Below, piece by piece: positions 9,625 to 19,279 of a DNA stretch of 32,872 bases (positions are counted from its first letter, which is position 1; every line of letters starts with the position of its first letter). Below the pieces are notes generated by a model. That model had not been told where the DNA came from and did not search any database. It worked only from the letters and a program-made list of their open reading frames with translations. A program made the position numbers and the translations under genes. The DNA is from an uncultured delta proteobacterium (GTDB taxonomy: Bacteria > Myxococcota_A > Polyangia > Polyangiales > JAFGIB01): the NCBI GenBank assembly GCA_963778655.1, contig CAVZVA010000006.1, forward strand, positions 1 to 32,872, given 5' to 3'.

Positions 9625-9831
9625 CGCGCCATCCGTTCAGGGTCTCGAGCGCGGTTCCGCGCCCGGTTCTCCTTATAACTTCCTACAATTTCAGAGAGTT
9701 GGAATCTGCGTCGAAGATGCATTTAGCCGCCTGGCGAGTATTGCGCCGAGCCGCTGCCCGTACAAAAATCACACATGGTGAGGTTGGTAACGGGTCGGGA
9801 GACGGACCGGTCCCCAGGAGGGTTGGTGTTT

Positions 9832-11457
9832 ATGGTTGTTTCGATTGGAAGCCAACGGATACGCGCGGCTGCGGCTGCCTTGGTCGCGGCAGCGCTATGC
9901 GGGTTGGCGGGTGCCGGATGCGGCACGGCTGACACGTCGGGCTCAGACCAGACTGCAGGCACCGTGGGGCAGCCGGCCGGGGGCCTTCCCGCGACCGGCA
10001 CATCGGGGAGCGGTGTGCCCGGCGCGACTCAGGGGCTGCCGGGCACGACCAGCCCAACCGCGACCGGTGCGGCCGGGGCCACGATGCCGTGTGCGGTGGA
10101 GACCGTGGTCAAAACGCGCTGTCAGACCTGTCACGGCGCGACCCCGATCGCCGGGGCGCCGATGTCGCTGCTGACGCTGGCCGACTTCCAACGCGACTAT
10201 ATGGTGAGGACGACCAAGCCGCTGCTCAACCAGACGATGAAGCTCTACGAGCTGGCGCGCATTCGCATCAACCACGAGATGGGCACACCGGCGATGCCCC
10301 AGGGCAGCGCGCTGTCGGCCCCCGACTTCACCACGCTGAACACCTGGCTCTCCAGCGCGGCACCCGCAGGCGCAGCCTGCGTCGCCGGTGCGGGCGGCAG
10401 CGGCAACACGATGATCGGCGGCACCGGCAGCGGTGCGACCACGGGCGGAGGCGCCGGCGCGGCGATGGGCGGCACAGGCGGCACGGACGGCTCGACCGAT
10501 CCCAACGCGCCGAGCAACCAGTGCGAGACCGATCCGACCGCGGTAGCACCGTTGGTCGCGGAGCCGGGAGAGACCTGCTACGACTTCCCGACCCACGGCG
10601 TCTCCGGGACCACCGATACCTCGAAGTTCACGGTCCAGCCCGGAGAGAGCTACGACCAGTACTACTACGCGGTGCCGTGGCCTCCGAACTCCGTAGCGAC
10701 CCGCTTCGGGGCCCGCTTCGATAACGTCGCGATCCTGCACCACTGGCTCGGCTTCATCGAAGCCAGCCCGGCGCAGCCGGCCGGCACGGTCCAACCCAAC
10801 GTCACCGGCACCACGCTCGGCGAGAGCGCGGAGCTGATCGGCGGCTGGGCCATAGGCGGCTGCAACGTCGAGCTGCCGCCGGACGTGGGCATCAAGCTGC
10901 CCGACAGCGGCGAGGTCATGATCCAGTGGCACCACTTCAACAGCACCGGCACGGCCCAGCAGGATGGCACGGCGGTGCAATGGTGCGTGACCGATGCCAG
11001 CAATCGCGCCCACATCGGCGGCATCACCTTCCTCGGCACCGAGGATCTGGGCGGCCCGATCGGCATGCCTGCGGGGCAGATGAGCAGCTACAGCGGCTCG
11101 TGCACCAACAGCTCTGGCGGACCGATCACGATCGTGGGCTTCAGCCCGCACATGCATACGATCGGCGTGCACATGACCTCGATCGTGCAGCGATCGGGAG
11201 GCGGGATGGAAACGGTCTTCGACCAGCCATTCATCTTCGACTCGCAGGTCAACTACATGCTGCACCCGCCCTACGTGCTGCAGCCCGGCGACACCATCAC
11301 CTCGACCTGCACGTACAACAACACCACCAGCGGCAGCGTGCCCTTCGGGCAGTCGACGACTCAGGAGATGTGCTACCAGTTCACGATCGCCTACCCGTAC
11401 GGCGCGCTGAACAACGGCGTGCTCAGCCTGATCGGCGCCACCAACACCTGCTGGTGA
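9832..11457 (+). CDS. Exported/lipoprotein copper type II (PHM/DBH-like) monooxygenase with N-terminal c-type heme domain
   Basis: Signal peptide ending GAGC; CQTCH heme motif with downstream AMP; copper-ligand motifs LHHW, QWHH, PHMH and EMC. Confidence 0.82.
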   Translation: MVVSIGSQRIRAAAAALVAAALCGLAGAGCGTADTSGSDQTAGTVGQPAGGLPATGTSGSGVPGATQGLPGTTSPTATGAAGATMPCAVETVVKTRCQTCHGATPIAGAPMSLLTLADFQRDYMVRTTKPLLNQTMKLYELARIRINHEMGTPAMPQGSALSAPDFTTLNTWLSSAAPAGAACVAGAGGSGNTMIGGTGSGATTGGGAGAAMGGTGGTDGSTDPNAPSNQCETDPTAVAPLVAEPGETCYDFPTHGVSGTTDTSKFTVQPGESYDQYYYAVPWPPNSVATRFGARFDNVAILHHWLGFIEASPAQPAGTVQPNVTGTTLGESAELIGGWAIGGCNVELPPDVGIKLPDSGEVMIQWHHFNSTGTAQQDGTAVQWCVTDASNRAHIGGITFLGTEDLGGPIGMPAGQMSSYSGSCTNSSGGPITIVGFSPHMHTIGVHMTSIVQRSGGGMETVFDQPFIFDSQVNYMLHPPYVLQPGDTITSTCTYNNTTSGSVPFGQSTTQEMCYQFTIAYPYGALNNGVLSLIGATNTCW

Positions 11458-11472
11458 AGACAGCCGCGCACA

Positions 11473-11503
11473 CGGCCCTCGCTGCCTCGGGCGGCGAGGG
11501 CCG
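11473..11503. terminator. Stem-loop between convergent genes
   Basis: CGGCCCTCGCTGCC-tcg-GGCGGCGAGGGCCG is a 14-bp stem with one G-U pair. Confidence 0.5.
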
Positions 11504-11572
11504 CAGTGTGTGCCGGCGCGGTGCGCAGCGACGCCCGCACTTTCCGGAGCAGCTGGAAGGCACACCCGCGGC

Positions 11573-12715
11573 TCAAGTCGCGTCGTCGTACAGCAACGAG
11601 GCCAGCCGCGGGCGGGCGGCCGCGATGCTGGCGCCGACGCTGACCGCGTGCATGGGATCGACGTCGTAACGCAGCTTTTTGCCGAAGTACTCGGCGACCG
11701 CGTCCCGCAGCCCCGGTACCAGCGTGCCCCCGCCGGCCAGAAAGACCGCCTGAATGTCGCGCGCGGTCAGCCCTGCGCTCGCCAGCACCTGATCGCAGAC
11801 CAGAAAGGTGCGCTTGATCAGACCTGCGCTCAGCTCCCACAGCGTGAGCCGATCGAAGGGCAAGCCCGGAAGCTCCGGTGCCGCCGCATCGACCCCTTCC
11901 AGCAGGATCTCGGTCGAGCTCGCTTGCGACAGCCGGATCTTCGCACGTTCGGCCTCCAGCATCAGCCGCACGAACACCTCCGCGTCGCTGCGCAGGTCCC
12001 AGCCGTGCTCGCGCAGCACCTGCTCCGCGGCCCAGCTGGCCAGCGCATGGTCGATATCGTCGCCGCCGAGATAGGGGTCGCCCGCGTGGGCCACGATGCG
12101 CAGCGTCTCCGTGCTGCAATCGATGATCGCCAGGTCGAAGGTGCCGCCGCCGAAGTCGTAGACGGCACCGTGATGGACATCGTTGCGATCGAGGTACGCG
12201 AGCGCGGTCGCCACCGGCTCCGCGATGCAGCGACCGGCCGCGAAGCCCGCCTCGCGCAAGGCCTGCAACGTAGCCCGGCGCTGCGGGCGCCCGAACGAGG
12301 CCGGCACCGTCACCACCGCTGAATACTGTGTAGGATCGACGCCTGTCTCGCGGCACAACGCGCGCAGGACTTCGGTGGCCACCTCGGTCGCGCTACGCAC
12401 CCCTGCGCGCGTACGGAAGCCGACCAAGCCGTCGCCGGTCGGCTCGAGGTCGAACGGGTAGTGTGCCCGCAGCTCGCTGGCCGGGTACGACTGCCAGCCC
12501 TCGCCGATCACGCGCTTGGCCGAGGCGATCGTGTTCTTGGGGTCCAGCCCGCGCCGCTCGCGCGCGGCCTCGCCCACCACGATCTCGCCGCTCGGCAGGT
12601 AGGCGACCACCGACGGAAGGATGGGACCGACGGCGGGCGCGCGGCGCGGCAACACCGACGCGTTCGACGCCGCCACGGTGTTGGTCGTACCAAGATCGAT
12701 TCCGATGGTACGCAT
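11573..12715 (-). CDS. Hsp70-family protein consisting of the nucleotide-binding domain only (~380 aa)
   Basis: IGIDLGTTNT, VVTVPASF, IAEPVATA, VYDFGGGTFD, LGGDDID, EAERAKIRLS, FLAGGGT and AVSVGASIAA, followed by a stop. Confidence 0.9.
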   Translation of the reverse strand: MRTIGIDLGTTNTVAASNASVLPRRAPAVGPILPSVVAYLPSGEIVVGEAARERRGLDPKNTIASAKRVIGEGWQSYPASELRAHYPFDLEPTGDGLVGFRTRAGVRSATEVATEVLRALCRETGVDPTQYSAVVTVPASFGRPQRRATLQALREAGFAAGRCIAEPVATALAYLDRNDVHHGAVYDFGGGTFDLAIIDCSTETLRIVAHAGDPYLGGDDIDHALASWAAEQVLREHGWDLRSDAEVFVRLMLEAERAKIRLSQASSTEILLEGVDAAAPELPGLPFDRLTLWELSAGLIKRTFLVCDQVLASAGLTARDIQAVFLAGGGTLVPGLRDAVAEYFGKKLRYDVDPMHAVSVGASIAAARPRLASLLYDDAT

Positions 12716-12801
12716 GGCGTGTTCGGACCAAGGGCTCTTAGCACAGCCAGCTCGTCTGACCAGCGCGCGATGCGTCCGCGCACAGGTTACGGCGCATAGG
12801 G

Positions 12802-13698
12802 TCAGCGCAGGGACGCAGCAAGGCCATCCAAGATATCGGACTCGCTCACCATCAAGATTGAAATGTCTAGCTCGCGCAGGATCGCCAACAACACACACAC
12901 GCCGCCCACGATCACCTCGGCGCGCTTGGGCTCGGCCAGCATGCGGCGGCGTGTGTCGAGCTCGCACTTGTGGAGCCGCGCGAACAGCGCCTCCACCTGA
13001 GGCCGCGTCAGCCGTGCGTGGTGGGTGCGCCGCGCGTCGTAGTGGGTCAAACCGAGCTGCAAGGCAGCCAGCGCGGTCACCGTTCCGGCCAGGCCGATCG
13101 TGCAGCGCGCGCGCGCCACGTCGATCGCGCCCCGCACCGCCGCGAGCTCGCGGCGCGCGTCGGCGAAACACGCCTCGAGCTGCTCGGGTGTGGGAGGATC
13201 TGCGTGCAAGTGCCGCTCGGTCATGCGCACGCAGCCGATGTCGACGGAGATCAGTTGCTCGGGCGCGCGGGTCCCGAGCACGAGCTCGGTCGAGCCGCCG
13301 CCGATATCGATCACCAAGAACGGCCCCTGCTCCGGATCGAGCCCCGAGGTCGCGCCCGCGAACGACAGCCGCGCTTCCTGCTCGCCGTGAAGCAGCTCGG
13401 GCTGCACGCCCAGCGCCTCATGCACGGCGTCGAAGAACAGCACCCGGTTGGCGGCGTCGCGCGCGGCGCTGGTGGCCACGGCGCGCACCCGCCCCACGCC
13501 GTGGCGTGCGATCGCCTGGCCGTAGGCGCGCAGCACCTCGACGGTGCGCACGATCGCGTCGGCGTGGAGCGAGCCGCTCACGTCCACGCCCTGGCCGAGT
13601 CGCGTGATCTGCATCCGCCGCTCGAGCTCGCGTCCCTGCGCGTCGGTGATGAGCAGGCGCACCGAGTTGGTGCCGATGTCGACCGCCGCCACGTTCAT
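12802..13698 (-). CDS. ppx: Ppx/GppA family exopolyphosphatase (short form)
   Basis: AAVDIGTNSVRLLI, ATSAARDAAN, EQEARLSF, IDIGGGSTE, GCVRMTE and DILDG. Confidence 0.93.
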   Translation of the reverse strand: MNVAAVDIGTNSVRLLITDAQGRELERRMQITRLGQGVDVSGSLHADAIVRTVEVLRAYGQAIARHGVGRVRAVATSAARDAANRVLFFDAVHEALGVQPELLHGEQEARLSFAGATSGLDPEQGPFLVIDIGGGSTELVLGTRAPEQLISVDIGCVRMTERHLHADPPTPEQLEACFADARRELAAVRGAIDVARARCTIGLAGTVTALAALQLGLTHYDARRTHHARLTRPQVEALFARLHKCELDTRRRMLAEPKRAEVIVGGVCVLLAILRELDISILMVSESDILDGLAASLR

Positions 13699-13704
13699 CG
13701 CGCC

Positions 13705-14364
13705 CTACTCCCCCTGGCCCCCGATTTGGCGCTTGAGCCCGATCAGTGTGAGCAGCTCCATGCGCGCGGCCGCGTCGATCAGGAACAGCCCGTGCAGCTT
13801 GCTGGTGGTGGTCCAGGAGCCCGCCTTCCTCACGCCGCGGTAGCACATGCAGAAGTGTTGGCACTGCATGATCACCGCGACCCCTTGTGGCTCGAGGTGG
13901 CGCTGCAGCGCGTCGGCGATCTGCTTGGTCAGCTTCTCCTGGACCTGCAGGCGCTTGGCGTACACGTCGACCACGCGTGCGACCTTGCTCAGGCCCACCA
14001 CGCGGCCGTTGGGGATGTAGGCCACGTGTGCCTTGCCTACGAACGGCACCATGTGGTGCTCGCAGTGACTGTACACCTCGATGTCGCTCACCAGCACCAG
14101 CTCGTCGTAGCCATCGACCTGTTCGAAGGTACGCGCGAGGTACTCGCCTGCGTCCATGCCGTAGCCGCTGAAGTGCTCGCTCAGCGCCCGCACGTAGCGC
14201 GCGGGCGTGTCGAGCAGGCCCTCGCGCTTGGGGTCCTCGCCCAGAAAGCGCAGGATGCCACGCACGTGGGCCTGCGCGGCGGCGATCTCCTGCGGGCTGC
14301 GGACCAGCTGCTTGGTTTCAGGGGCCCTGGGCTCGCGGCGGGAAGGCTTCTTCTTCGTCGGCAT
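13705..14364 (-). CDS. folE: GTP cyclohydrolase I
   Basis: [39 protein letters not shown] and HFCMCYRGV. Confidence 0.96.
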   Translation of the reverse strand: MPTKKKPSRREPRAPETKQLVRSPQEIAAAQAHVRGILRFLGEDPKREGLLDTPARYVRALSEHFSGYGMDAGEYLARTFEQVDGYDELVLVSDIEVYSHCEHHMVPFVGKAHVAYIPNGRVVGLSKVARVVDVYAKRLQVQEKLTKQIADALQRHLEPQGVAVIMQCQHFCMCYRGVRKAGSWTTTSKLHGLFLIDAAARMELLTLIGLKRQIGGQGE

Positions 14365-14493
14365 GCTGCCGCGAGAATGCGCGATCCGCGGCGGCGGCTC
14401 AACGCGTTTTTGCCGGGGCGTAGGCGGTGAAGCAGGCGCTGGGGCACGTGTGCCGCCGGGACGCCTCGTGTTACCCTGCAGAGGATGGGCGGC

Positions 14494-15066
14494 ATGCGGG
14501 CGGCGGTGCGGACGCGTGCTCTGCGCCGCGGCTTGCTCTGGCCGTGCCTTGTGCTGCTCTGGCTGTACGCGCTCGGCTGCTTCGGCAGGCAGCCATCCAG
14601 CACCAGCGGCGTTCCCTCCAACAAGAAGCTGAGCCAGCTCTCGGACAGCGACGTGGTTGCCCTGTGCAACGCGCACATCGAGGACTTTGCACAGTTGAGC
14701 GACGCCGGCTGCGCCCTGCGCTCGCTGGTGGGCACCGACCCCACGGAGTGCGAGGCGATCCGCAGCGAGTGCGCGGGCGATACGACCGGCAACGCCATCC
14801 AATGTAGCTACGCCGACGCCAGCGCCCGGGCCGACTGCACGCTCTCGGTCGGCGAGATCGAGAGCTGCCTGAATCAGCTCTTCGCCTTCTTCGACGCCCT
14901 GAGCTGCGCGCACGCCGGCTCCTCGCCGCCAATGCCGCCCGAGTGCGTGGCCGATGTAAAGCTGGGCTGCCCTACGCTGTTCAATGGCGTGGAAGGCGGC
15001 GGCTCCTACACTCCCTCCGGCAACGAGGACACCGACGCAGGCGCGGACACGGACGGGGGCGTGTGA
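14494..15066 (+). CDS. Cys-rich lipoprotein of unknown function
   Basis: Signal peptide with ALGC lipobox; about 10 Cys in the mature part; acidic DAG-containing tail. Start at 14485 or 14494. Confidence 0.65.
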   Translation: MRAAVRTRALRRGLLWPCLVLLWLYALGCFGRQPSSTSGVPSNKKLSQLSDSDVVALCNAHIEDFAQLSDAGCALRSLVGTDPTECEAIRSECAGDTTGNAIQCSYADASARADCTLSVGEIESCLNQLFAFFDALSCAHAGSSPPMPPECVADVKLGCPTLFNGVEGGGSYTPSGNEDTDAGADTDGGV

Positions 15067-15072
15067 CGCGCT

Positions 15073-16767
15073 TCAGGAGCCGCAGGACAGCACGCGCAGG
15101 ATCTTGACGCTGGTCGAGCTGCTGCCGCGCGCCGGGAAAGCCACGCTGTGGTCGGGGTACGTGCGGAAGTCCTGGTAGCGGCTGCCGACCACGCCGGGCA
15201 CGTTGTACGCCGCGCCCTGCGCCGCGCCGGTCGCGTCGTCGAGAGCTTGCAGGTAGAGCTTGCGGTTTGCGTCGTTGGGCGTGAGGTCTCCGCTGGCGCT
15301 GGAGCTCTCCCACGCCGCCAGCATGCGCTGGGTGCCGAAGGCGGCCAGGTGCGGCGCGCGGTCGTTCTGGCCGGCATCGCTGGCGAGCGTGATGTCCATG
15401 TCGGGCGCGCCCGTGGTCACGTGCAGCAGGTGCACGTCGGCCAGGCCGTTCATGCCCGCCGGCTGACCGTCGCGGATGTCGCTGGTGATCAGCCAGTAGC
15501 CGCCGCCGGAGGCGGGCAGCACGCTGCCGAAGTTCGCGTAGTTGAGGTCCACGGGTTGGATGGTGGTGGTCGCGGGCGCGAAGGCCAGGCGGCCCGACTT
15601 GCCGCCGGTCGGCGCGTCGTTCTTGCACACGGTCACGAATTTGTTTGCGGCGGCGTCCCAGATGATGCGCTCGTAGCCGCTGTGGCTGCAGCCCCAGCCG
15701 AAGCCGCCGCTCTGCACCGCGCCGGCGGCGCTCACCAGCTTCATGCGGTCGCCCTGGTGGATGTTGACGCAACCCATTTGCGAGACGCTGATCGCCGCGC
15801 CGAAGTACGCGGCGTAGTTGCTGCCGTCGAAGGCGATGCGCCCGTTGTGCGCGTACCACCAGATGTAGACCATGTTGTTGCTGTCGGTCTTGCTGGTCAG
15901 GTAGGGCGGATGGGTCGCGTCCGAGTCGGTGAGCTTGGCGGCCCAGGTCTCGGTACCGCCGTCGAAGCGCACCAGGAACATGTCGTAGCAGGGAATCGGC
16001 GGGCTCGGCGCAGTGCCGCAGAGGTTCGCTGGATCGCCGCAGGCGAGCGTGCCCATCCCGTAGACCGCGGGTCGGGTCAAAAGCAGCACCCCGCCGGCGT
16101 CGTCGGCGTACACGTCTTCGAAGTCGAACGCCGGCACGCCGAACGCCGAGCCGGCCACCAGGTGATCGTCGGCGTCGAGCTGCACCACGTGCGCCATGCC
16201 GTCGGTGCCCATGAACGCCAGCCGCGAGCCGCCGGAGGGGATGGGCGAGAGCGCGAGCGGAGCGAGCTCGGTGTTGGGTGGGTTGGCGTCGAGCTCGTTG
16301 TAGCTGTAGGCGCTGCCGAGCTCGACGTCGGTGACGCGCACGTTGGACGCTCCGAGCGGGCACGCCGCGCCGGTGTCCGTGGTGCCGCCGGTGCCGGCCG
16401 CCGTGCCGCCGCTGCCGCCCGTCCCCGCGCTGGCGCCGCCGCTGCCCGCGCTGACGCCGCCCGCGCCCGCCCCGGCCGCTGCCATGCCCGCGCCGCCCGT
16501 GCCCGCGCCGCCCGGCGATAGCGGCGCGCCACCAGTGCCGAGGCCCGTGCCGATGCCACCGGTGCCGCCCCCGATTCCGCCGGTGGCGATGCTCGCGACT
16601 CCGCCGGTGCCGCCCGCATGGCTGCCGTCCGCTCCCTGGCTGCACGCGGCGCAGGCGCTCGCCGCGAGCGCGCACAGCCACGTTCGCAGCGTCCGCTTGC
16701 ACGGGCCTCCGGGGCTAGGATGCGTAGGATGCGCGCGCTGAAGCACGCTCGAGAGGCGGCCGTCCAC
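15073..16767 (-). CDS. Secreted lipoprotein with Gly-rich linker and ~430-aa beta-rich domain of unknown function
   Basis: CAAC lipobox, Gly/Thr/Ala linker, then a globular domain in the high-GC3 frame. Start uncertain. Confidence 0.75.
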   Translation of the reverse strand: MDGRLSSVLQRAHPTHPSPGGPCKRTLRTWLCALAASACAACSQGADGSHAGGTGGVASIATGGIGGGTGGIGTGLGTGGAPLSPGGAGTGGAGMAAAGAGAGGVSAGSGGASAGTGGSGGTAAGTGGTTDTGAACPLGASNVRVTDVELGSAYSYNELDANPPNTELAPLALSPIPSGGSRLAFMGTDGMAHVVQLDADDHLVAGSAFGVPAFDFEDVYADDAGGVLLLTRPAVYGMGTLACGDPANLCGTAPSPPIPCYDMFLVRFDGGTETWAAKLTDSDATHPPYLTSKTDSNNMVYIWWYAHNGRIAFDGSNYAAYFGAAISVSQMGCVNIHQGDRMKLVSAAGAVQSGGFGWGCSHSGYERIIWDAAANKFVTVCKNDAPTGGKSGRLAFAPATTTIQPVDLNYANFGSVLPASGGGYWLITSDIRDGQPAGMNGLADVHLLHVTTGAPDMDITLASDAGQNDRAPHLAAFGTQRMLAAWESSSASGDLTPNDANRKLYLQALDDATGAAQGAAYNVPGVVGSRYQDFRTYPDHSVAFPARGSSSTSVKILRVLSCGS

Positions 16768-16806
16768 ATCCAGCAGTGACCCGACCGCGGCGACGCGGGT
16801 CAGAAA

Positions 16807-17601
16807 TCAGCGCGGCGTGCGCAGATGGCAAGCGGCGCAGCGCGCGATGATCTGCCCATAGATGCGCGCCCGCTCGGGGTGCGAGCGGGCCGCGCGCGCG
16901 GCCTTGGCGAGCGCGCGGATCCGTTCCAGGTCTTCGGCGACACGCGCGTCGACCTCTTCGCCGTCCTTCACCGGCGGCTCGAGCGGCGCGCGGGTGAGCG
17001 TCACGGTGCCGCGCTTCCACAACGTCTCGGATGGCTCGATCAGCCCGAGCCACAGCTCGTCGGCGGCGAGCCTGTGGCGGTACATGCGCTCGGACAGCGT
17101 GTCGGGCGGCTGATCGTGCAGCCTGGGATCGGGCGGCGGCAGCGCTCGTTGGCCTTTGCGCATCTGGTCATGACAGTCGCCGCAGCTCAGCGCGAGCGCG
17201 CCGATCGCCTGCGACGCCGACGCGAGATCGGGAGCAAGCGAGACGTTGTCGGCTTGTTGCTGCATGGCCGCGACCCAGTGTTTCCAGTCCTCCGGAAAGG
17301 CGCGCACGTCGTCGTGCGTGGCCAGTGTGCTCGCGAACAGCTTGGCGCGCGCGAGCTCGCCCGCGATCAGCGCGTCGCGCACGTCGAGCGCGCGCCAGAA
17401 GGTCGCCTGCATGTGATAGCCGCGATCGGGCGGCTCGCCCGCGGGCGCGGCGGCGGACGCCTGCGTCGCGGGCCCGGCGCTGGCAGCGGCCGCCGCCGGG
17501 CGCTTGCCGCTCGCGTGCGCGCATTGCGTGAGCGCGAGCAGGGCCAGCGCCGCGGCGGCGCGCGGGCAGGATCGGACCGGCCATGGAAGGCGCGCGCTCA
17601 C
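16807..17601 (-). CDS. Exported diheme c-type cytochrome (two helical, cytochrome c'-like halves)
   Basis: Signal/lipoprotein N-terminus; CGDCH and C-terminal CAACH; each half starts with an HM or RM..H segment. Confidence 0.75.
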   Translation of the reverse strand: MSARLPWPVRSCPRAAAALALLALTQCAHASGKRPAAAAASAGPATQASAAAPAGEPPDRGYHMQATFWRALDVRDALIAGELARAKLFASTLATHDDVRAFPEDWKHWVAAMQQQADNVSLAPDLASASQAIGALALSCGDCHDQMRKGQRALPPPDPRLHDQPPDTLSERMYRHRLAADELWLGLIEPSETLWKRGTVTLTRAPLEPPVKDGEEVDARVAEDLERIRALAKAARAARSHPERARIYGQIIARCAACHLRTPR

Positions 17602-17782
17602 CGGGGCCACGTATCTACACCCAGGCCGGCTCCGCGCCAGCCGACAGCGGGTGCCGACCCTGGACACGCCGGCCGCCGTGTGGCGATTCCCCGAGCGCGT
17701 TGTGGCGTTTGCGGATTCGCCGCATGGCGCATGAAGGATTTGCGCATTGCCGGACATTAGGCAATGGCTCGGCAACGCAATC

Positions 17783-18661
17783 ATGTCCACAGAACGTCGT
17801 CATTTCCGTCGGTTTGCTCGCGTTGTGGGTGTGGCCGGTTGCGCACTGTGGCTGTGCGCCTGCCAGGTGTCCGCTGCAAATGACCCGGGCGTCACCTTTG
17901 GCAGCGCGCCACCCGTGGGCACGTGGGCGCCACAGCCCCCCAGTGACGGGACGTCCGCCGGCACGGCGGCGGCGGGCGGTACCCTGACCGGCGCCAATGA
18001 CATGGGCGTGCCCGCGCCTCCGGCGAGTACGGGCGCCAGCGGCACGGCCGGAAGCGCGTCGCCCCCCACGGGCACCGGCGGCACGATGATCGTCGGCAGC
18101 GGCGGCGGCGGCACCGGCGGCGCGGGGCGCGGGACGGGCGGCGTGTCCGGGAGCGCCACCGGCGGCGTCGGCGGCATCGGCAGCGGGGGCATGGGCGTGA
18201 CCGCGAGTGGCGGCGGCACCGGCGGCGGCACCAGCACCTCGGGCGGCAGCTTCAGCTTCGACGTGACCACCGTGAACCAGCGCGGCCGCTATGCGCCGGC
18301 GAACGTGGGCGCGATCTGGATCGAGGACAGCTCGGGCAAGTTCGTCAAGACGCTCAAGGTGTGGGCCTTCGTTCGCGGCCGTTATCTGTCGAAGTTCAAC
18401 AACGAGGCCGGCGGCAGCCGCGTCGATGCCGTGACCAGCGCGACCCTGCGCAGCTTCGGCGCGCAGCATGCCACCTGGACTCTCACCGACGTCAACGGCG
18501 CGGCTGTTCCGGACGGCGCCTACAAGGTGCTGATCGAAGTAACCGACCACGACGGCACCGGACAGTGGACGAGCGTCGACTTCACGCTACCTGGCATGGG
18601 CCAGAAAGTGACCGCGCCCGACGTTCAGTACTACACCGGCATGAGCGTCACGCTGCCTTGA
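17783..18661 (+). CDS. Lipoprotein with C-terminal DUF2271-like domain and flavinylation-like motif
   Basis: LCAC lipobox; Gly-rich linker; YAPANVGAIWIEDSSGKFVKTL..W, VDAVTSAT and VPDGAYKVLIEVT. Confidence 0.78.
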   Translation: MSTERRHFRRFARVVGVAGCALWLCACQVSAANDPGVTFGSAPPVGTWAPQPPSDGTSAGTAAAGGTLTGANDMGVPAPPASTGASGTAGSASPPTGTGGTMIVGSGGGGTGGAGRGTGGVSGSATGGVGGIGSGGMGVTASGGGTGGGTSTSGGSFSFDVTTVNQRGRYAPANVGAIWIEDSSGKFVKTLKVWAFVRGRYLSKFNNEAGGSRVDAVTSATLRSFGAQHATWTLTDVNGAAVPDGAYKVLIEVTDHDGTGQWTSVDFTLPGMGQKVTAPDVQYYTGMSVTLP

Positions 18662-18745
18662 GCGTTCGCCGGCGAGCTGGGATCCAAGCCTGATGAGGGA
18701 ATCGGCGCGAGAGCCTGATTCGGTGCGCTGACTGGACGTTCCGCC

Positions 18746-19279
18746 GTGTACACCGCAGACCACGCAGCCCTGCCGCCGGCCCGATCGCTCGTGGTCGCGT
18801 GCTGTCTGCTGCTGTGCGCGTGCGGCAAGACCGGCCAGTGGTCCGGCCCGCCGCCCAGCCCGGATTTCGCGTTGTTCCAAAGCGACGTCTACCCGGTGCT
18901 GCTGCGCGATTGCGCCTTCTCCGAATGCCACGGCTCCGAGAAGCGCTTTTTCCAGGTCTTCGGCCCTGGCAGGATGCGCCTCGACCCCGCGACCACCATG
19001 CCGGGCGACCCGGTGACGCCGATGGAGCTGCAACGCAGCTACGAGCGCTCGGTCTCGATGCTGATGTCCGCGGAGACCGTGACGAAGTCGCTGTTCCTGC
19101 GCAAGCCGCTCGAGGCGAGCCAGGGCGGGCAAGGCCACAAGGGCGTCGATGCGTTCGGTCGCAACGTGTTCGCCTCGCCGCTCGACCCGAGCTACGCCAT
19201 CCTGCTGCACTGGGCGCTGTCGAGGGGCGCCGGCCCGGGCGCGACCGTCGCCACGAACGGGACCGGAGGTATGCCGTGA
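18746..19279 (+). CDS. Lipoprotein with atypical cytochrome c-like domain (CX4CH)
   Basis: LCAC lipobox; FQSDVYPVLLRDCAFSECHG...SLFLRKPL....GHKG...ILLHW resembles planctomycete-type monoheme domains. Confidence 0.65.
   Translation: MYTADHAALPPARSLVVACCLLLCACGKTGQWSGPPPSPDFALFQSDVYPVLLRDCAFSECHGSEKRFFQVFGPGRMRLDPATTMPGDPVTPMELQRSYERSVSMLMSAETVTKSLFLRKPLEASQGGQGHKGVDAFGRNVFASPLDPSYAILLHWALSRGAGPGATVATNGTGGMP

Noticed and set aside
17700..17780. Sigma54-like TGGC...TTGC strings between the divergent cytochrome and DUF2271 genes
   Set aside because: None has the required GG-N10-GC spacing.
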